Positions 11,880-23,492 are shown, numbered from the stretch's first letter. The stretch: DNA of 64,000 nt from an uncultured Acidobacteriota bacterium (GCA_963764715.1 CAVXTP010000022.1:416001-480000), one strand, 5' to 3'. Made by a program: numbers and translations. Notes: a model not told the origin generated them from the letters alone.

Positions 11880-12511
11880 GGATACCGATCGCCCGCGAAG
11901 GCTGGGTCTTCATCCTTCCGGCCTTCGCGGCCGGGGCGCTGTGCGCCCTGACGGGGAGTGTGCCTCTGGCGGCGTTCTTCTTCGCCGCCACACTCTTCCT
12001 GCTGCAGTTTTTCCGGGATCCCGAGCGCACGCCGGAAGGCGGGGAGGACACGCTCGTCTCCCCGGCCGACGGCACGGTCCTCTCCGTGACCGAGGCCGCC
12101 GAAGCCCCCGCCGGCGCCCGCCGCCGCCTGTCGATCTTCATGTCGGTCTTCAACTGCCACGTCAACCGCGCCCCGTTCGACGGCCGCCTCTCCGACTACG
12201 CCTACGTGCGAGGCCGGAAGGCGGCGGCGTTCGCCGAGAAGGCCTCGCTCGAGAACGAGCAGAATCGCATCACGCTCTCGACGCCGCGCGGCAGCCTGAC
12301 CTTCAAGCAGATCGCGGGAGCGCTCGCCCGTCGGATCGTCTTCTACCCGCACGTGGGCGACGAAGTGCGGCGCGGCGAGCGGATCGGCCTGATCAAGTTC
12401 GGTTCCAGGGTCGACCTCTTTCTCCCGGACGACGCCGAGGTGCTCGTCACGCCCGGGCAGAAGCTCAAGGCCGGCCGGTCGGCGATCGCCCGCTGGGGCA
12501 AGGCCTCGTAG
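11876..12511 (+). CDS. psd: Phosphatidylserine decarboxylase proenzyme (short type)
   Basis: FFRDPER, SPADG, SIFMSVFNCHVNR, IKFGSRVD (self-cleavage GS). The N-terminus IPIAREGW implies a start near 11876 (CTG). Confidence 0.92.
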   Translation: MRIPIAREGWVFILPAFAAGALCALTGSVPLAAFFFAATLFLLQFFRDPERTPEGGEDTLVSPADGTVLSVTEAAEAPAGARRRLSIFMSVFNCHVNRAPFDGRLSDYAYVRGRKAAAFAEKASLENEQNRITLSTPRGSLTFKQIAGALARRIVFYPHVGDEVRRGERIGLIKFGSRVDLFLPDDAEVLVTPGQKLKAGRSAIARWGKAS

Positions 12512-12512
12512 G

Positions 12513-13253
12513 ATGGGCGCGCTTTCGCGCGAGCGCCTCTCGCGGGGCCTCTTCATCCTTCCGACGCTCTTCACCGTCGGCAACCTGTTCTGCGGCTACC
12601 TGTCGCTCTGGTCGTCGATCCGCGGGACCTTCGAGCTCGCGGCCTACCTGATCATCGCGGCCGGGATCCTCGACGGGCTCGACGGCCGGATCGCCCGGAT
12701 GACGAACTCGACCTCGGAGTTCGGCTCGGAGTACGACTCGCTCGCCGACCTCGTCTCCTTCGGCGTGGCTCCCGCGGTGCTGGCGTACTCCTGGGGCCTC
12801 GAGGATTTTCATCGCCTGGGCTGGATGGCCTCGTTCCTCTTCGTGGTCTGCGGCTCGATGCGGCTGGCCCGGTTCAACATCCAGACGCACGTCGTGGACA
12901 AGCGGTACTTCGTGGGGCTCCCGATCCCGGCGGCGGCCGGCACGGTCGCGACGGTCGTCCTCGCGACGCCCGAACGGCTGGTGTCCCGCGTCTGGATGGG
13001 CGGGCTCCTCGCCCTGACGATCGTCCTCTCCTACCTGATGATCTCGACGATCCGCTACCGGTCCTTCAAGGACGTCGACCTGCGCCGGCGCCGGCCCGCC
13101 TGGATCCTGCCGGCGATCGCCGCCCTCTTCGCGATCATCGCGTTCCGGCCGGAGATCGCACTCGCCTGCATCACGCTCGTCTTCGTCGTCTCGGGCCCCG
13201 CCGCCAAGATCGCGGGAGCGTTCCGGCGGGCCGAGCGTGGCTCGGGCCCGTAG
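12513..13253 (+). CDS. pssA: CDP-diacylglycerol--serine O-phosphatidyltransferase
   Basis: DGLDGRIAR...FG..YDSLADLVSFGVAP, RLARFN, F.GLP.P motifs; adjacent to psd. Confidence 0.93.
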   Translation: MGALSRERLSRGLFILPTLFTVGNLFCGYLSLWSSIRGTFELAAYLIIAAGILDGLDGRIARMTNSTSEFGSEYDSLADLVSFGVAPAVLAYSWGLEDFHRLGWMASFLFVVCGSMRLARFNIQTHVVDKRYFVGLPIPAAAGTVATVVLATPERLVSRVWMGGLLALTIVLSYLMISTIRYRSFKDVDLRRRRPAWILPAIAALFAIIAFRPEIALACITLVFVVSGPAAKIAGAFRRAERGSGP

Positions 13254-13265
13254 GCCGGCCGGCCC

Positions 13266-14768
13266 TCAGCGCTTCTTGCGGGGCGGCGCCGCCGTCGGCG
13301 TCGGAGGGGCCGGCGGCTCCGTCCACTCCGACGCGACCTCGGACCCGGCGGCGGCGATCATGTGCGCGCGGGACGGGCAGCAGCGGGCCGGAACGCCGCC
13401 GCGGAGCACGATGCGGGCCGGGGAGACGACCTCGCCGGGCAGGACGAGCGTCTCGAAGAGGCGGACCCGGGTCGCCCGGCCGGGCGTCACGGGCTGCCCG
13501 TTGCGGTCGTAGGTCGCGTAGCGGTCGAATCCCCCGAGGTTGACGTCGGCCGGGTGCGCCGGCGCCACGTCGACCTCGATCCAGTTCGCGGTCCGGGAGA
13601 CGATCGAGGCGTGGGTGGTCCGGTTGGCGGCCTCGACCGCGATCGCGTTGCGGCCCGCGGCGACGACGCTCGGGGCGAGAACCGGGGCGAGCGACCGGCC
13701 GAGGATGACGTCCTCGAACGCCGCCACCGGAAAGATTCGGGAGGCGTCCCGGGCCCCGTCGAACACGAGGACGCGTCCGAGCGCGAACCGCTTGCCGGAC
13801 ATCGTCGAGCCGAGCTGGTAGAGCATTTCCGTCAGGGCCGGCACGCGGTAGGTGATGCGGTCGCCGGTCTCGAAGGCCAGGTCGCCGGCGCGCACGGGCC
13901 GGCGCACGGTCAGGTGAAACGCCGAGAAGGCGGCGTCGGAAACCGACAGGTCGTTCTCGAAGTCGACGCGGGAGTCGCCGGAGAGCGCCTCGAGGGGCTC
14001 CTCCGGGAGGGCGGCGGGAGGTCCGCCGTCCGCGCGAACGATCACCGCCCGCGGAGACGCGCCGAACGCGGCCCACCACGGCCGTCGCAGCGAGTCGATC
14101 GCGGCCGCGTCGGACCGCGCCTCGAGACCGAAGATCGGAGCGACGAGGGCGTCGGCCCGGTCGACGAGGGGCGCGAGCGCCTTGCGCGCTTCTTCGGTCG
14201 CGGGCGAAGGGAACGCGGCGGCGATCGAGAGAAATGGACCCCCGGGCAGCCGGCGGCGAAGCGCCTCGAGCAGCGCACCGGAGCGCTTTGCGGATGCGGC
14301 GGTGAACGGAAAGTCGAGGTGGAGGCCGATGACCCGGCCGAACCCTCCGCCCGCGCGAAGGGCCGGTTCGAGGCCCGCGGCGATGGCCTGCGAGACGGCC
14401 TCGGCATCCGGTCCCGCCTCTCCGGCGAGGGCGGTCGAGAGCTCCGCGCCGGCATGGACGACCAGGATCACGGACGCGAGCGAAAGCGGATGGGGCGGGG
14501 CCGCGCCCGGGCGAAGACCCCAACGCCCGTTCCCGAAGGTCACCTCCCCGGCCGGCAGAAAGACCGCCGCCGCGATCCTCGCGAGCCGGTCCTCGATGCC
14601 GGCGTCGCCTGCGGCGGCGACGTCGGTGAACCAGACCGCGTCGCCCTTCGGGGGTCCGCCCCGGGCCGAGCCCGCGGCCGGCGCGGAGGACTTGCGGCAG
14701 CCGACTGCCCCGAGCGCGAGCGCGCCCGAGGCCACGACGGCGAGGAGCGCCACCCGCTCCGACCTCAA
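13266..14768 (-). CDS. Hypothetical lipoprotein, possibly with a GH18/DUF3142-like TIM barrel
   Basis: TTG start overlapping the kinase stop; lipobox-like LALGAVG-C; GLHLDF motif. It is the C-terminal third of the listed 1804-aa ORF. Confidence 0.6.
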   Translation of the reverse strand: MRSERVALLAVVASGALALGAVGCRKSSAPAAGSARGGPPKGDAVWFTDVAAAGDAGIEDRLARIAAAVFLPAGEVTFGNGRWGLRPGAAPPHPLSLASVILVVHAGAELSTALAGEAGPDAEAVSQAIAAGLEPALRAGGGFGRVIGLHLDFPFTAASAKRSGALLEALRRRLPGGPFLSIAAAFPSPATEEARKALAPLVDRADALVAPIFGLEARSDAAAIDSLRRPWWAAFGASPRAVIVRADGGPPAALPEEPLEALSGDSRVDFENDLSVSDAAFSAFHLTVRRPVRAGDLAFETGDRITYRVPALTEMLYQLGSTMSGKRFALGRVLVFDGARDASRIFPVAAFEDVILGRSLAPVLAPSVVAAGRNAIAVEAANRTTHASIVSRTANWIEVDVAPAHPADVNLGGFDRYATYDRNGQPVTPGRATRVRLFETLVLPGEVVSPARIVLRGGVPARCCPSRAHMIAAAGSEVASEWTEPPAPPTPTAAPPRKKR

Positions 14769-17700
14769 GCCGGCGTCCCCTCGGCGGCGGGAAGATCGAA
14801 GCGCACCCGGAATCCGCCTCCCGGCCGGTTGGCCGCGCCGATCGAGCCTCCGTGCTCCTCGACGATCTTCTTCGCGATCGCGAGGCCGAGACCCGTGCCG
14901 CCGCTCTTGGCCGAGAAGTAGGGGTCGAAGAGGCGCGGCAGGATCTCGGTCCGCACGCCGGGGCCGTCGTCCTCGACGCTCGCCTCGATGCGCCCGTCGC
15001 GGCGCGCGGCGGACAGGCGGATCGTCCCGCCCTCCGGAAGCGCGTCGACGGAGTTGCCCACGAGGTTCGAGAGGACGCGGGAGAGCAGGCGCGGATCCGC
15101 CATCGCGAAGAGCCCCGGAGAAGCGTCGACCGCCCAGCGGATCCCGGGCGCGGCCGAGTAAGCCGCCGCGGCCTCCCGCAGGAGCGTCGACACGTCCGCC
15201 GGGCGCAGCTCCGGGCGCGGGAGCCGGGCGTAGTCGGCGAACTCGGACGCCGAGCGCCGCAACTCGTCGGTCTGCCGCAGGACGTTCGACACGCACTCCT
15301 CCAGGACCCGTTCGAAATCCGGGGACTTGCGCTTCCAGACCTCCCGAAGATGTTCGACGGAGAGGCGGATCGGTGTCAACGGATTCTTGATCTCGTGGGC
15401 GATGATCCTCGCCATCTCCGCCCACGCCGCGAGACGGTTCGAGCGAACGACGTCGGACACGTCCTCGATCACGGCCATCCGAGCTCCCGTTCCGCCGAGC
15501 GGCAGCGGCACGGTCACGACGCGCCAGCGCTCCCCGGGCCGCGGCTCGAGCTCCTCCGACACGGGCGCTCCGTCGACCCGCTCGAGAACCCGCCGGACGC
15601 CGCGCATCTCGTCGCCCGGGAAGACCTCCTCGAGCGTCTCGCCGTCGAGCTTTCCGCGCGCGAGCCGGGCCGCCGCGGGGTTGGCGAGGAGCACGCGGCG
15701 GTCTTCGCCGTAGGCCACGACGCCGGCGGTAAGCTGGGCGAGGAGCGTGGCGAGACGCTCCTTCTCCCGCGACAGAGCATCCGTCTGTTCGCGCAGGCTC
15801 CGGGACATGTAGAGAAAGGCGCGCACCAGCTCGCGCAGCTCCTCGTCCGGCGGCTCGGCGAGGTGGGGCGAGAAATCGCCGCGCGCGACGGCCCGCGTCC
15901 CCTGTACGAGGTCCGCCACCGGGCGTGCCACGCGGACGGCGAGGCGGCCCGCGATCGCGGCCGACACGAGAAACACCAGGAGCGAAAACGCCGTGACGGC
16001 CGCCGTCAGTTGCGAGGCCTCGGCCTCCGCGGCGCGCTGCTGGGGCAGCAGCAGGACGGAAAGCAGGGCGGGGCTGCGCACTCCCGGAACGCCGGGCAGC
16101 GCGGAGAGCGCGGTCGTGAGCTCCTCGAACGGGCTTCCCGCGATCAGGCGCGCGTCCTCGCGCTGGCGCGCCTCGCCGAGGCCGACGGCGACGTAGCTCG
16201 CCCCGGGGACGCGTTCGGGCAGGAGCCCGGCGGCGTAGAGATCGCGCCGCGAGCTCGCCAGCAGCAGCGCATCGGGCGAATAGACCGAGAGGTCGAACCC
16301 CACGGCGTTGGCGAGCCAGGAGAGGAGCGCGTCGTCCAGAAGTCCGAGCCGTCCCCGCGCGGTCTCCGACGGAAGGTAGTCGTCGAGGACCCGCCGGCCG
16401 GTTTCGAGCGCGGTGCGGGCGTGGTCGAGCGTGTCCTGCCGCGAGCGCGTCGCGATCGAGGCCCGCAGGAAGAACGTCACCGCGAGGAGCGGGATCATCA
16501 CCGAGAGCACGAAGAGCGCCACGAGGCGGCCCCGGAACGTCCGCGCGCCGGGAGGCCAGAGGTCGCGCAGGCTGCGGCGCGCCACGACCGCGCGGACGAG
16601 AACGATCGCGCCGCCGAGAAGATAGAGCGCGGCCGCCGCCGGAAGCAGCAGCGCCGCCGTCAGGAGGCGGGGAAGGAATCCCGGACCGGGAACCGCGATG
16701 AGCTGGAACCCGTCGGACCGGGGCCGCAACTCCCCGTAGAGCTCCTCGCCGCGGTACCGGAGGCGCACGCGCGAAGACCGGCCGGTGCGCCGGACCCGGT
16801 CGAAGCTCCCGGCCGAGATGTCGGGCCCTTCCTCGCGGCGCGAACCGTCGGGCCCGTAGAAGACGAGGACGGGGCGCGCCGAGGAGACCGGGGACGTCGG
16901 GGCTCCCACGAGCCTCCGGTAGACCTCGAGGCGGGGAGGAAGGGGGTCCCAGTTCGGCCAGTCCGCGACCGAGACCACCGCCCGCCCCCAGGGGGCGCCG
17001 GCGCTCGAGAGGACCGCGGCCTGCTGCACCAGGGCCACGCGGTGCCGTTCGATGCGCACGCCCGGCTGGTCGTCCGCGGCCGCCGTGTCGGCTTCCGGGA
17101 TGAGCGAGAAGCGGCTCCGCAGCACTCCGTCGCGATCGAACACCTCGAAGGCGATGAGCGTCTCCGACGGGGCCTCCGACTCTCCCTCGCGCCACAGGCG
17201 GTAGGCGAGATCGGAGAGATCGACGACCTCGATCGGCGCCGGCAGCTGCGCGGCGAGGTCGAACCGTTCCGCCCGCTCGACCGCCCGCCGAACCGCGACG
17301 ACGGCCCCGGCGGAGATCCGCTCGGCGTCGGGAAGCCGCATCGCGGCCGCCACCCGGTACGCCTCGACGACGCGCCGGTGCTCGTGGAGCGGCACGGCGA
17401 CGAGGATGAGAAGCAGCGTCATGCCGGCCGCCAGACGAAACGGACCGAGCGGGCCGCTCTCCGGAACCGCGGCGATCGCCCGGCGCCACGTCTCGTAGGC
17501 GACGATCGAGACCGACGCCGACGAGGTAGGGATAGGCCCGCGACGGCGTGACGAGCAGCAGGGCGGCGAGGATGCCGGCCGAAGTCACGGCGATCGCGGC
17601 GCCGGTCCAGGCCCCGCGGCCCGAGCGGGGGCCCGCGCTCGCTCCGATCGCGAGCGACGCGGCGGTCAGGGCCGTCAGCGCCACGAGGCCGAGAAACTGG

Positions 17701-18680
17701 GCGCTCCAGACGGGCACGCGGGCGCCGAGGTCCGGCAGGTCCGTCCCGTGCGCGGCCGCGAGCGCCGCGGCGAAGAGGGCGTATCCCGCCGCGAGCCGGC
17801 GCCCCCGGCGGCCGGGCTCCGGGGATCGAAGCCGGGAGAGCCCGACCGGAAGGAGAAAGAGGCCGGCCGCCAGAAGCCAGGGGCGCGACGCGGAGAGCGC
17901 CCGCTCCCCTGCGCCGGCGAACGCCACGGCCGCGAGGAACGCCGACGCGAGACCGGCGCCGACCGCGAGCGCGTCGCGGCCGGCCAGCGCCAGCGCGAGG
18001 CTGACTCCCAGCGCCGCGGCACGGACGAGCCCCCGGCGCCGGCCGTGAGGCGCCGCGGGAAGATCCGCAAGGCGCCCGGCGAGAAGCGGCAGTCGTCCCG
18101 CGGCGTCCATCAGCAGCGGCGCCTGGCCCTCCGGCGCCACCGGCTCCCAGTCGGCGCTCGCGCCGGACAGGCCGAGGGCCTGCGCGAACTCGGGCGCCTG
18201 GACCGGAAGCGACCGGCCGGCGCAGATCACGCCGGCGAACGGCTCCTTGCCGGCGAGGCTCCAGTGGAGGAGCTCCATGCGCGTCGCCGACCACCGCACC
18301 TCGAGCGTGCCCGGCGCGCGCAGCTGCGGAATCCGCGACGGGGCGTCGCCCCACCAGGCCTGCGGATTGCCGCGCGGGTCGGCGAGCGTGATCCAGGTGC
18401 CGGGAGCCGAGTCGGCCACGGCCTGCCGGGCCGCCGAGAACAGCCGCTCGCGCTGCACCGCGATTCCCCCGCCCTCGAGCGAACGGGCGACGTCGGGATT
18501 GCGCGCGAAGGCCTGCGTTCTCGCAGCGAGGTCCTTGGCCGCGCCTTCGACGGCCCGGCGGAGCTCCTCCGGCGGAGAGCCGCTCCGCGCCGGAGCCAGG
18601 GCCGGACCGACCCAGCCGTCGAGCCACGCGAGCGCCGCCACGATGGCGGCGAGAGCGGCCCAGAGCCGGGGGCGCTTCAC
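14765..18680 (-). CDS. Large multi-TM NtrY-like sensor histidine kinase (HAMP-PAS-HisKA-HATPase), one frameshift near 17515
   Basis: H-box AWAEMARIIAHEIKNPLTPI, N-box NLVGNS and G-boxes DDGPG and GTGLGL lie in 14765..17422. The hydrophobic N-terminal part starts at GTG 18680 in another frame, and the two join by a single frameshift. Confidence 0.8.
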
Positions 18681-18696
18681 CGTGACGTCCCGCGCG

Positions 18697-20364
18697 TCAG
18701 CGCAGGAAGGGCAGGTCCACTCCCCGCTCGCGCGCCGCCGCGATCGCCTCCGGGTAGCCCGCGTCGGCGTGACGCATCACTCCCGTGCCGGGATCGCTCT
18801 TCAGGACGCGCTCGAGCCGCCGGTGCGCGGCCTCCGTGCCGTCCGCGACGACGACCATCCCGGCGTGGAGGGAGTACCCGATGCCGACGCCTCCCCCGTG
18901 ATGCACCGAGACCCAGGTCGCCCCGGCCGCGGTGTTAATGAGCGCGTTCAGGATCGGCCAGTCGCCGATCGCGTCGGAGCCGTCCCGCATCCCCTCGGTC
19001 TCCCGGTTGGGCGAGGCCACGGATCCGGCATCGAGGTGATCGCGCCCGATCACGATGGGCGCGCGGACCTGTCCGGCGCGCACCAGCTCGTTGAAGCGAA
19101 GCCCGGCGCGGTGCCGCTCCCCGTACCCGAGCCAGCAGATCCGCGCCGGCAGGCCCTGGAACGCGATGCGCTCCTCCGCGAGCGCGAGCCACCGAGCGAG
19201 CGCGGGGTCTCCGGGGAAGAGCTCGAGGAGCGCGCGGTCCGTCGTCCGGATGTCCTCGGGGTCCCCGGACAGGGCCGCCCAGCGGAACGGGCCCTTGCCT
19301 TCGCAGAAGAGCGGGCGGATATAGAGGGGAACGAATCCGCCGATCTCGAACGCGTCCGCGACCCCGGCCTTCTGGGCCTGGCCGCGCAGGTTGTTGCCGT
19401 AGTCGAACACGATCGAGCCGCGGCGCTTCAGCTCGAGGAGGGCGCGCACGTGGTCCGCCATCGTCGCGTAGGCCCGCTCGATGTACCGCTTCGGGTCCGC
19501 CGACCGCAGCCGGACGAGGTCCTCGAGCGAGCCGCCGCGCGGAACGTAGCCGTGGAGCTCGTCGTGCGCGGAGGTCTGGTCGGTCACGAGCTCGGGAACG
19601 ATGTCGCGGGCGAGCAGGCGTTCGAGCAGGTCGACGGCGTTGGCCTCGACGCCGATCGACACGGCGCGCTTCGCCGCCTTCGCCGCGAGCGCCCGGTCGA
19701 TCGCGCGGTCGAGGTCCGTCTCGCGCTCGTCGAGATACCGGGTCTTGAGGCGCTTCTCGATCCGCTCCGGGTCCACCTCGGCCACGAGCGCGACGGCGCC
19801 GTTCATGGTCGCGGCCAGGGGCTGGGCGCCGCCCATCCCGCCGAGACCCGCGGTGACGACGAGCCGCCCGGCGAGATCGCCGCCGAAGTCCCGGGCCGCC
19901 GCGGCGAAGGTCTCGAAAGTCCCCTGCACGATGCCCTGGCTGCCGATGTAGATCCAGGACCCGGCCGTCATCTGCCCGTACATGGTCAGGCCGAGGCCCT
20001 CGAGCCGCCGGAACTCGTCCCCCGTCGCCCACGCGGGAACCAGCATCGAGTTGGAAATCAGAACGCGCGGCGCGTCTTCGTGGGTCTGGAAGACGCCGAC
20101 GGCCTTCCCGGACTGGACGAGCATCGTCTCGTTGGATCGCAGACGCTTCAACGTCGCGACGATCGAGTCGAAGGCTTCCCAGCTGCGCGCGGCCTTGCCC
20201 GTCCCCCCGTAGACGATGAGCTCCTCGGGCTTTTCGGCGACCTCGGGGTCGAGGTTGTTCTCGAGCATCCGGAGGGCCGCCTCCTGGGGCCAGCCGAGAC
20301 AGCGGAGCCCGGTGCCGTGGTGGGCGCGGATCGTTCGGGAAGCCGGCAGAACGCTCGTGCTCAT
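18697..20364 (-). CDS. hutU: Urocanate hydratase
   Basis: [45 protein letters not shown] motifs. Confidence 0.98.
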   Translation of the reverse strand: MSTSVLPASRTIRAHHGTGLRCLGWPQEAALRMLENNLDPEVAEKPEELIVYGGTGKAARSWEAFDSIVATLKRLRSNETMLVQSGKAVGVFQTHEDAPRVLISNSMLVPAWATGDEFRRLEGLGLTMYGQMTAGSWIYIGSQGIVQGTFETFAAAARDFGGDLAGRLVVTAGLGGMGGAQPLAATMNGAVALVAEVDPERIEKRLKTRYLDERETDLDRAIDRALAAKAAKRAVSIGVEANAVDLLERLLARDIVPELVTDQTSAHDELHGYVPRGGSLEDLVRLRSADPKRYIERAYATMADHVRALLELKRRGSIVFDYGNNLRGQAQKAGVADAFEIGGFVPLYIRPLFCEGKGPFRWAALSGDPEDIRTTDRALLELFPGDPALARWLALAEERIAFQGLPARICWLGYGERHRAGLRFNELVRAGQVRAPIVIGRDHLDAGSVASPNRETEGMRDGSDAIGDWPILNALINTAAGATWVSVHHGGGVGIGYSLHAGMVVVADGTEAAHRRLERVLKSDPGTGVMRHADAGYPEAIAAARERGVDLPFLR

Positions 20365-20370
20365 GGGCCG

Positions 20371-20376
20371 ATTATA
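20371..20376 (-). promoter_or_regulatory. Putative -10 box (TATAAT) of leaderless hutU transcript
   Basis: TATAAT 6 nt upstream of the ATG, with no Shine-Dalgarno between them. Confidence 0.55.
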
Positions 20377-20395
20377 TCGGCGGGATCCGGGCCGC

Positions 20396-21913
20396 TCAGG
20401 CGAGGCGGGCGAGCTCGCGCTCGATGGCCTCGCTCGACAGGAAGCGTCTCGCGCTCTCGAGGTCGGTGTGGAGCTCCCGGTCGTGGTCCCAGGCCCGGAC
20501 CGTCCGGCGGAAGGCCCGCCGAACCCGCTCGATCGGGGCCGAAGAGGTCAGGGGACGCAGGAACTCCATCGCCTGGAAGGCCGTCATGAGCTCGATCGAG
20601 AGCACCCGCTCGAGGTTTTCGACGATCGCGGCGAGCTTGCGGGCGGCGATCGGCGACATCGAGACGTGATCCTCTTTGGCCGCGGAGGTCGGGATCGAGT
20701 CCACCGAGGCGGGATGCGCGAGGATCTTGCACTCGGACACGAGACCCGCCGCGGTCACCTGGGCGATCATCAGGCCCGAGTGGAGGCCGCCTTCCTTCAC
20801 CAGGAAGGCGGGAAGATCCGAGAGCGCGGGGTTGACCAGCTTTTCGATCCGCCGCTCCGAGATCGAGGCGAGGTCGGTCGCCGCGATGGCGGCGTAGTCG
20901 AGGACCGTCCCGACCGGGGCGCCGTGAAAGTTCCCGCCCGAGACGATGTCCCCCCGGCCGGCGAAGACCAGCGGGTTGTCGGTCGAGCTGTTCATCTCGC
21001 GCTCGAGGACGGCCCGCGCGTGGGCGAAGGCGTCGCGCGCCGCGCCGTGGACCTGGGGCATGCAGCGGAGGGCGTAGTTGTCCTGGACTCGGCCGCAGCC
21101 GCGATGGGACTCGCGGATCGCGCTGCCGGCGAGGAGCCCGCGGAGGTTGGCCGCGCTCTGGAGGGCGCCGGGGTGCGGCCGCGCGCCGACGATCCGCCGG
21201 TCGAACGCCGTGTCCGAGCCCCGGGAGGCGTCGAGCGAGGCCGCGCCGACGAGGTCCGCGGCGCGGGAGAGGGCGAGGGCGCGATGGAGCGCGAGACCGC
21301 CCACCGCGACCGACATCTGGACCCCGTTGATCAGCGCGAGCCCCTCCTTGGCCGCGAGGGCCACGGGCGCGAGGCGGGCGGATCTCAACGCGGAGGCGGC
21401 AGGCTTCTCCCGCCCCCGGACGCGCACCCGTCCTTCGCCCATCAATCCGAGCGCGAGGTGAGAGAGGGGCGCGAGATCCCCCGACGCGCCGACGGAGCCC
21501 TGGGAGGGGATGATCGGCAGGATGTCCGCCGCGAGCATCCCGAGGAGCGCCTCGACCGTCGCAGTGCGGATGCCGGAGTTGCCCCGCGCGAGCGCGTTCG
21601 CGCGGAGGACCATCATCGCCCGCACGGCTTCGTCCGGGAGCGGCGCGCCGACTCCCGCGCAGTGGCTCCGGATGAGATTGCGCTGCAGGCTCTCGAGCTC
21701 CGCCGGCGGGATCGCGACGTCCGCGAATTTCCCGAAGCCCGTGGTCACCCCGTAGACGCGGGCGTTCGAGCGCACGGCCCGATCGACCACGCGGCGCGAA
21801 GCGGCGATCGCACGCCGGGCCGAAGGCGCCAGGGTCACGCGCACCTCCCGCCGTGCGACCGCGGCGAGATCGTCCAGGGTCAGACCCTCGCCGGCGAGCC
21901 GTATGATCTTCAT
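20396..21913 (-). CDS. hutH: Histidine ammonia-lyase
   Basis: [21 protein letters not shown] (MIO-forming ASG), SGGNFHG motifs; next to hutU. Confidence 0.97.
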   Translation of the reverse strand: MKIIRLAGEGLTLDDLAAVARREVRVTLAPSARRAIAASRRVVDRAVRSNARVYGVTTGFGKFADVAIPPAELESLQRNLIRSHCAGVGAPLPDEAVRAMMVLRANALARGNSGIRTATVEALLGMLAADILPIIPSQGSVGASGDLAPLSHLALGLMGEGRVRVRGREKPAASALRSARLAPVALAAKEGLALINGVQMSVAVGGLALHRALALSRAADLVGAASLDASRGSDTAFDRRIVGARPHPGALQSAANLRGLLAGSAIRESHRGCGRVQDNYALRCMPQVHGAARDAFAHARAVLEREMNSSTDNPLVFAGRGDIVSGGNFHGAPVGTVLDYAAIAATDLASISERRIEKLVNPALSDLPAFLVKEGGLHSGLMIAQVTAAGLVSECKILAHPASVDSIPTSAAKEDHVSMSPIAARKLAAIVENLERVLSIELMTAFQAMEFLRPLTSSAPIERVRRAFRRTVRAWDHDRELHTDLESARRFLSSEAIERELARLA

Positions 21914-21994
21914 CGGGGGCCGATTCTAAGCTGACACCGCCCGCGAACTCTGTTAGCCTGCCCTGCTTTTTCGGCCCCAACGAGGAGAACGCGC

Positions 21995-23305
21995 GTGAAG
22001 GTCCTGGCCGTCCTGGGCGGACAGTGGGGAGACGAGGGCAAGGGCAAGCTCGTCGACCTGCTGTCTAACCGATTCGACATCGTGGCCCGCTATCACGGCG
22101 GCCACAACGCCGGCCACACCGTGAAGTTCGGCAACCAGCACTTCGCCCTGCACCTGCTGCCGGCGGGAGTCGTCCGCGGTCGGACCGCCATCATCGGGCC
22201 CGGCGTCGTCGTCGACCTCGAGGCGCTGCTGACGGAGATGGACGCGCTCCGGGCGGCGGGCGTCGAGATCGGCGAGAACTTCCGGCTCTCCGACCGCGCT
22301 CCCGTCATCCTTCCCTACCACCGCCTTCTCGACGCGGCCCGGGAGAGCGCGGCGGGAGAGGCGAAGATCGGCACGACGCTGCGCGGCATCGGGCCGGCGT
22401 ACGAATCCCTCGCGGCCCGGCGCGCGATCCGTGTGGCCGAGCTCTACCGACCGTCGACCCTCGCCGCCCGGGTCCGGGCGGTGGCCGAGGAAACCGGAAC
22501 TCTGCTGCGCGCGCTCGGGGTCAAGGACGTTCCGACGGCGGACGCCGTCCTGGCCATGCTCGCGCCCGCGGCCGAGCGGCTTCGCCCCCACGTCGGCGAC
22601 ACCGGACGGTTCCTCCGCAACGCCTTGAAGGGCGGATCGACCTTGCTCGCCGAGGGCGCCCACGGCGCCATGCTGGATCTCTCAGCCGGGACGTACCCCT
22701 TCGTGACCTCGTCCCACTGCACGTCGGCGGCCGTCGCCTCGGGTCTCGAGATCGCTCCCCGAGCGCTCGAGGCGAGCATGCTCGTCCTCAAGGCATACTC
22801 GACGCGGGTCGGCTCCGGCCCCTTCCCCACGGAGCTCCACGAGGAGACGGGCGAGTTCCTGCGCAAGAGGGGCAACGAGTACGGGACCTCGACGGGTCGA
22901 CCCCGCAGGACCGGCTGGTTCGACGCGATCGTCGCTCGGACGGCCGTCGAGCTCTCGGGCGCCGAGGCCGTCGCGATCACCAAGCTCGACTGCCTCGACG
23001 AGCTCGAGGAGATCCCGATCTGCCTCGGCTACAAGCTCGACGGCAAGCCGGTCTCGGACCTTCCCCCGCTCGCCGAGGACATCGCCCGCCTCGAGCCCGA
23101 GTACGAAAAGCTGCCGGGCTGGAAGTCCGTCACGACCGGCGTGACGAGGTACGAAGAGCTCCCCGCGGCCGCGCAGCGCTACGTCCGCGCCCTCGAGGAC
23201 GCGATCGGCGCGCCGGCGGTCTTCGTCTCGACCGGCCCCCGCCGCGAGGAGACCGTCTGGCGGTCGGACACGCCGTTCCTCAACGGCCTGCCGCCCGCGA
23301 AGTAA
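21995..23305 (+). CDS. purA: Adenylosuccinate synthetase
   Basis: QWGDEGKGK, GGHNAGHT, GTYPFVTSS, TGRPRR.GWFD motifs. Confidence 0.98.
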   Translation: MKVLAVLGGQWGDEGKGKLVDLLSNRFDIVARYHGGHNAGHTVKFGNQHFALHLLPAGVVRGRTAIIGPGVVVDLEALLTEMDALRAAGVEIGENFRLSDRAPVILPYHRLLDAARESAAGEAKIGTTLRGIGPAYESLAARRAIRVAELYRPSTLAARVRAVAEETGTLLRALGVKDVPTADAVLAMLAPAAERLRPHVGDTGRFLRNALKGGSTLLAEGAHGAMLDLSAGTYPFVTSSHCTSAAVASGLEIAPRALEASMLVLKAYSTRVGSGPFPTELHEETGEFLRKRGNEYGTSTGRPRRTGWFDAIVARTAVELSGAEAVAITKLDCLDELEEIPICLGYKLDGKPVSDLPPLAEDIARLEPEYEKLPGWKSVTTGVTRYEELPAAAQRYVRALEDAIGAPAVFVSTGPRREETVWRSDTPFLNGLPPAK

Positions 23306-23320
23306 ACTCCTCCTCACGGT

Positions 23321-23397
23321 GGGCCGTTAGCTCAGCTGGTTAGAGCATCGGCCTTTTAAGCCGGTGGTCCTGGGTTCGAGTCCCAGACGGCCCACCA
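23321..23397 (+). tRNA. tRNA-Lys (anticodon UUU), CCA encoded
   Basis: GGGCCGT acceptor stem pairs with ACGGCCC; D-arm GCTCAGCTGGTTAGAGC; anticodon loop CTTTTAA; T-loop GGTTCGAGTCC; ends in ACCA. Confidence 0.97.
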
Positions 23398-23492
23398 AAT
23401 CCGGCGCCCCGGAGGGCGATAGACTCGCCCGCCAGGAACGGGCCGGCGCGCTCGATACCGCCAGACCCGCCTCCGAGAACGGAGCACGTGCC

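Noticed and set aside
13266-18680. 1804-aa ORF as one giant protein
   Set aside because: Its middle is Arg/Pro/Gly-rich off-frame translation of the kinase. It is a chimera of the kinase N-terminus and a downstream lipoprotein created by a frameshift.
18697-21913. Incomplete hut pathway (no hutI/hutG) as a novelty
   Set aside because: hut genes are often dispersed, and the rest may lie outside this window.
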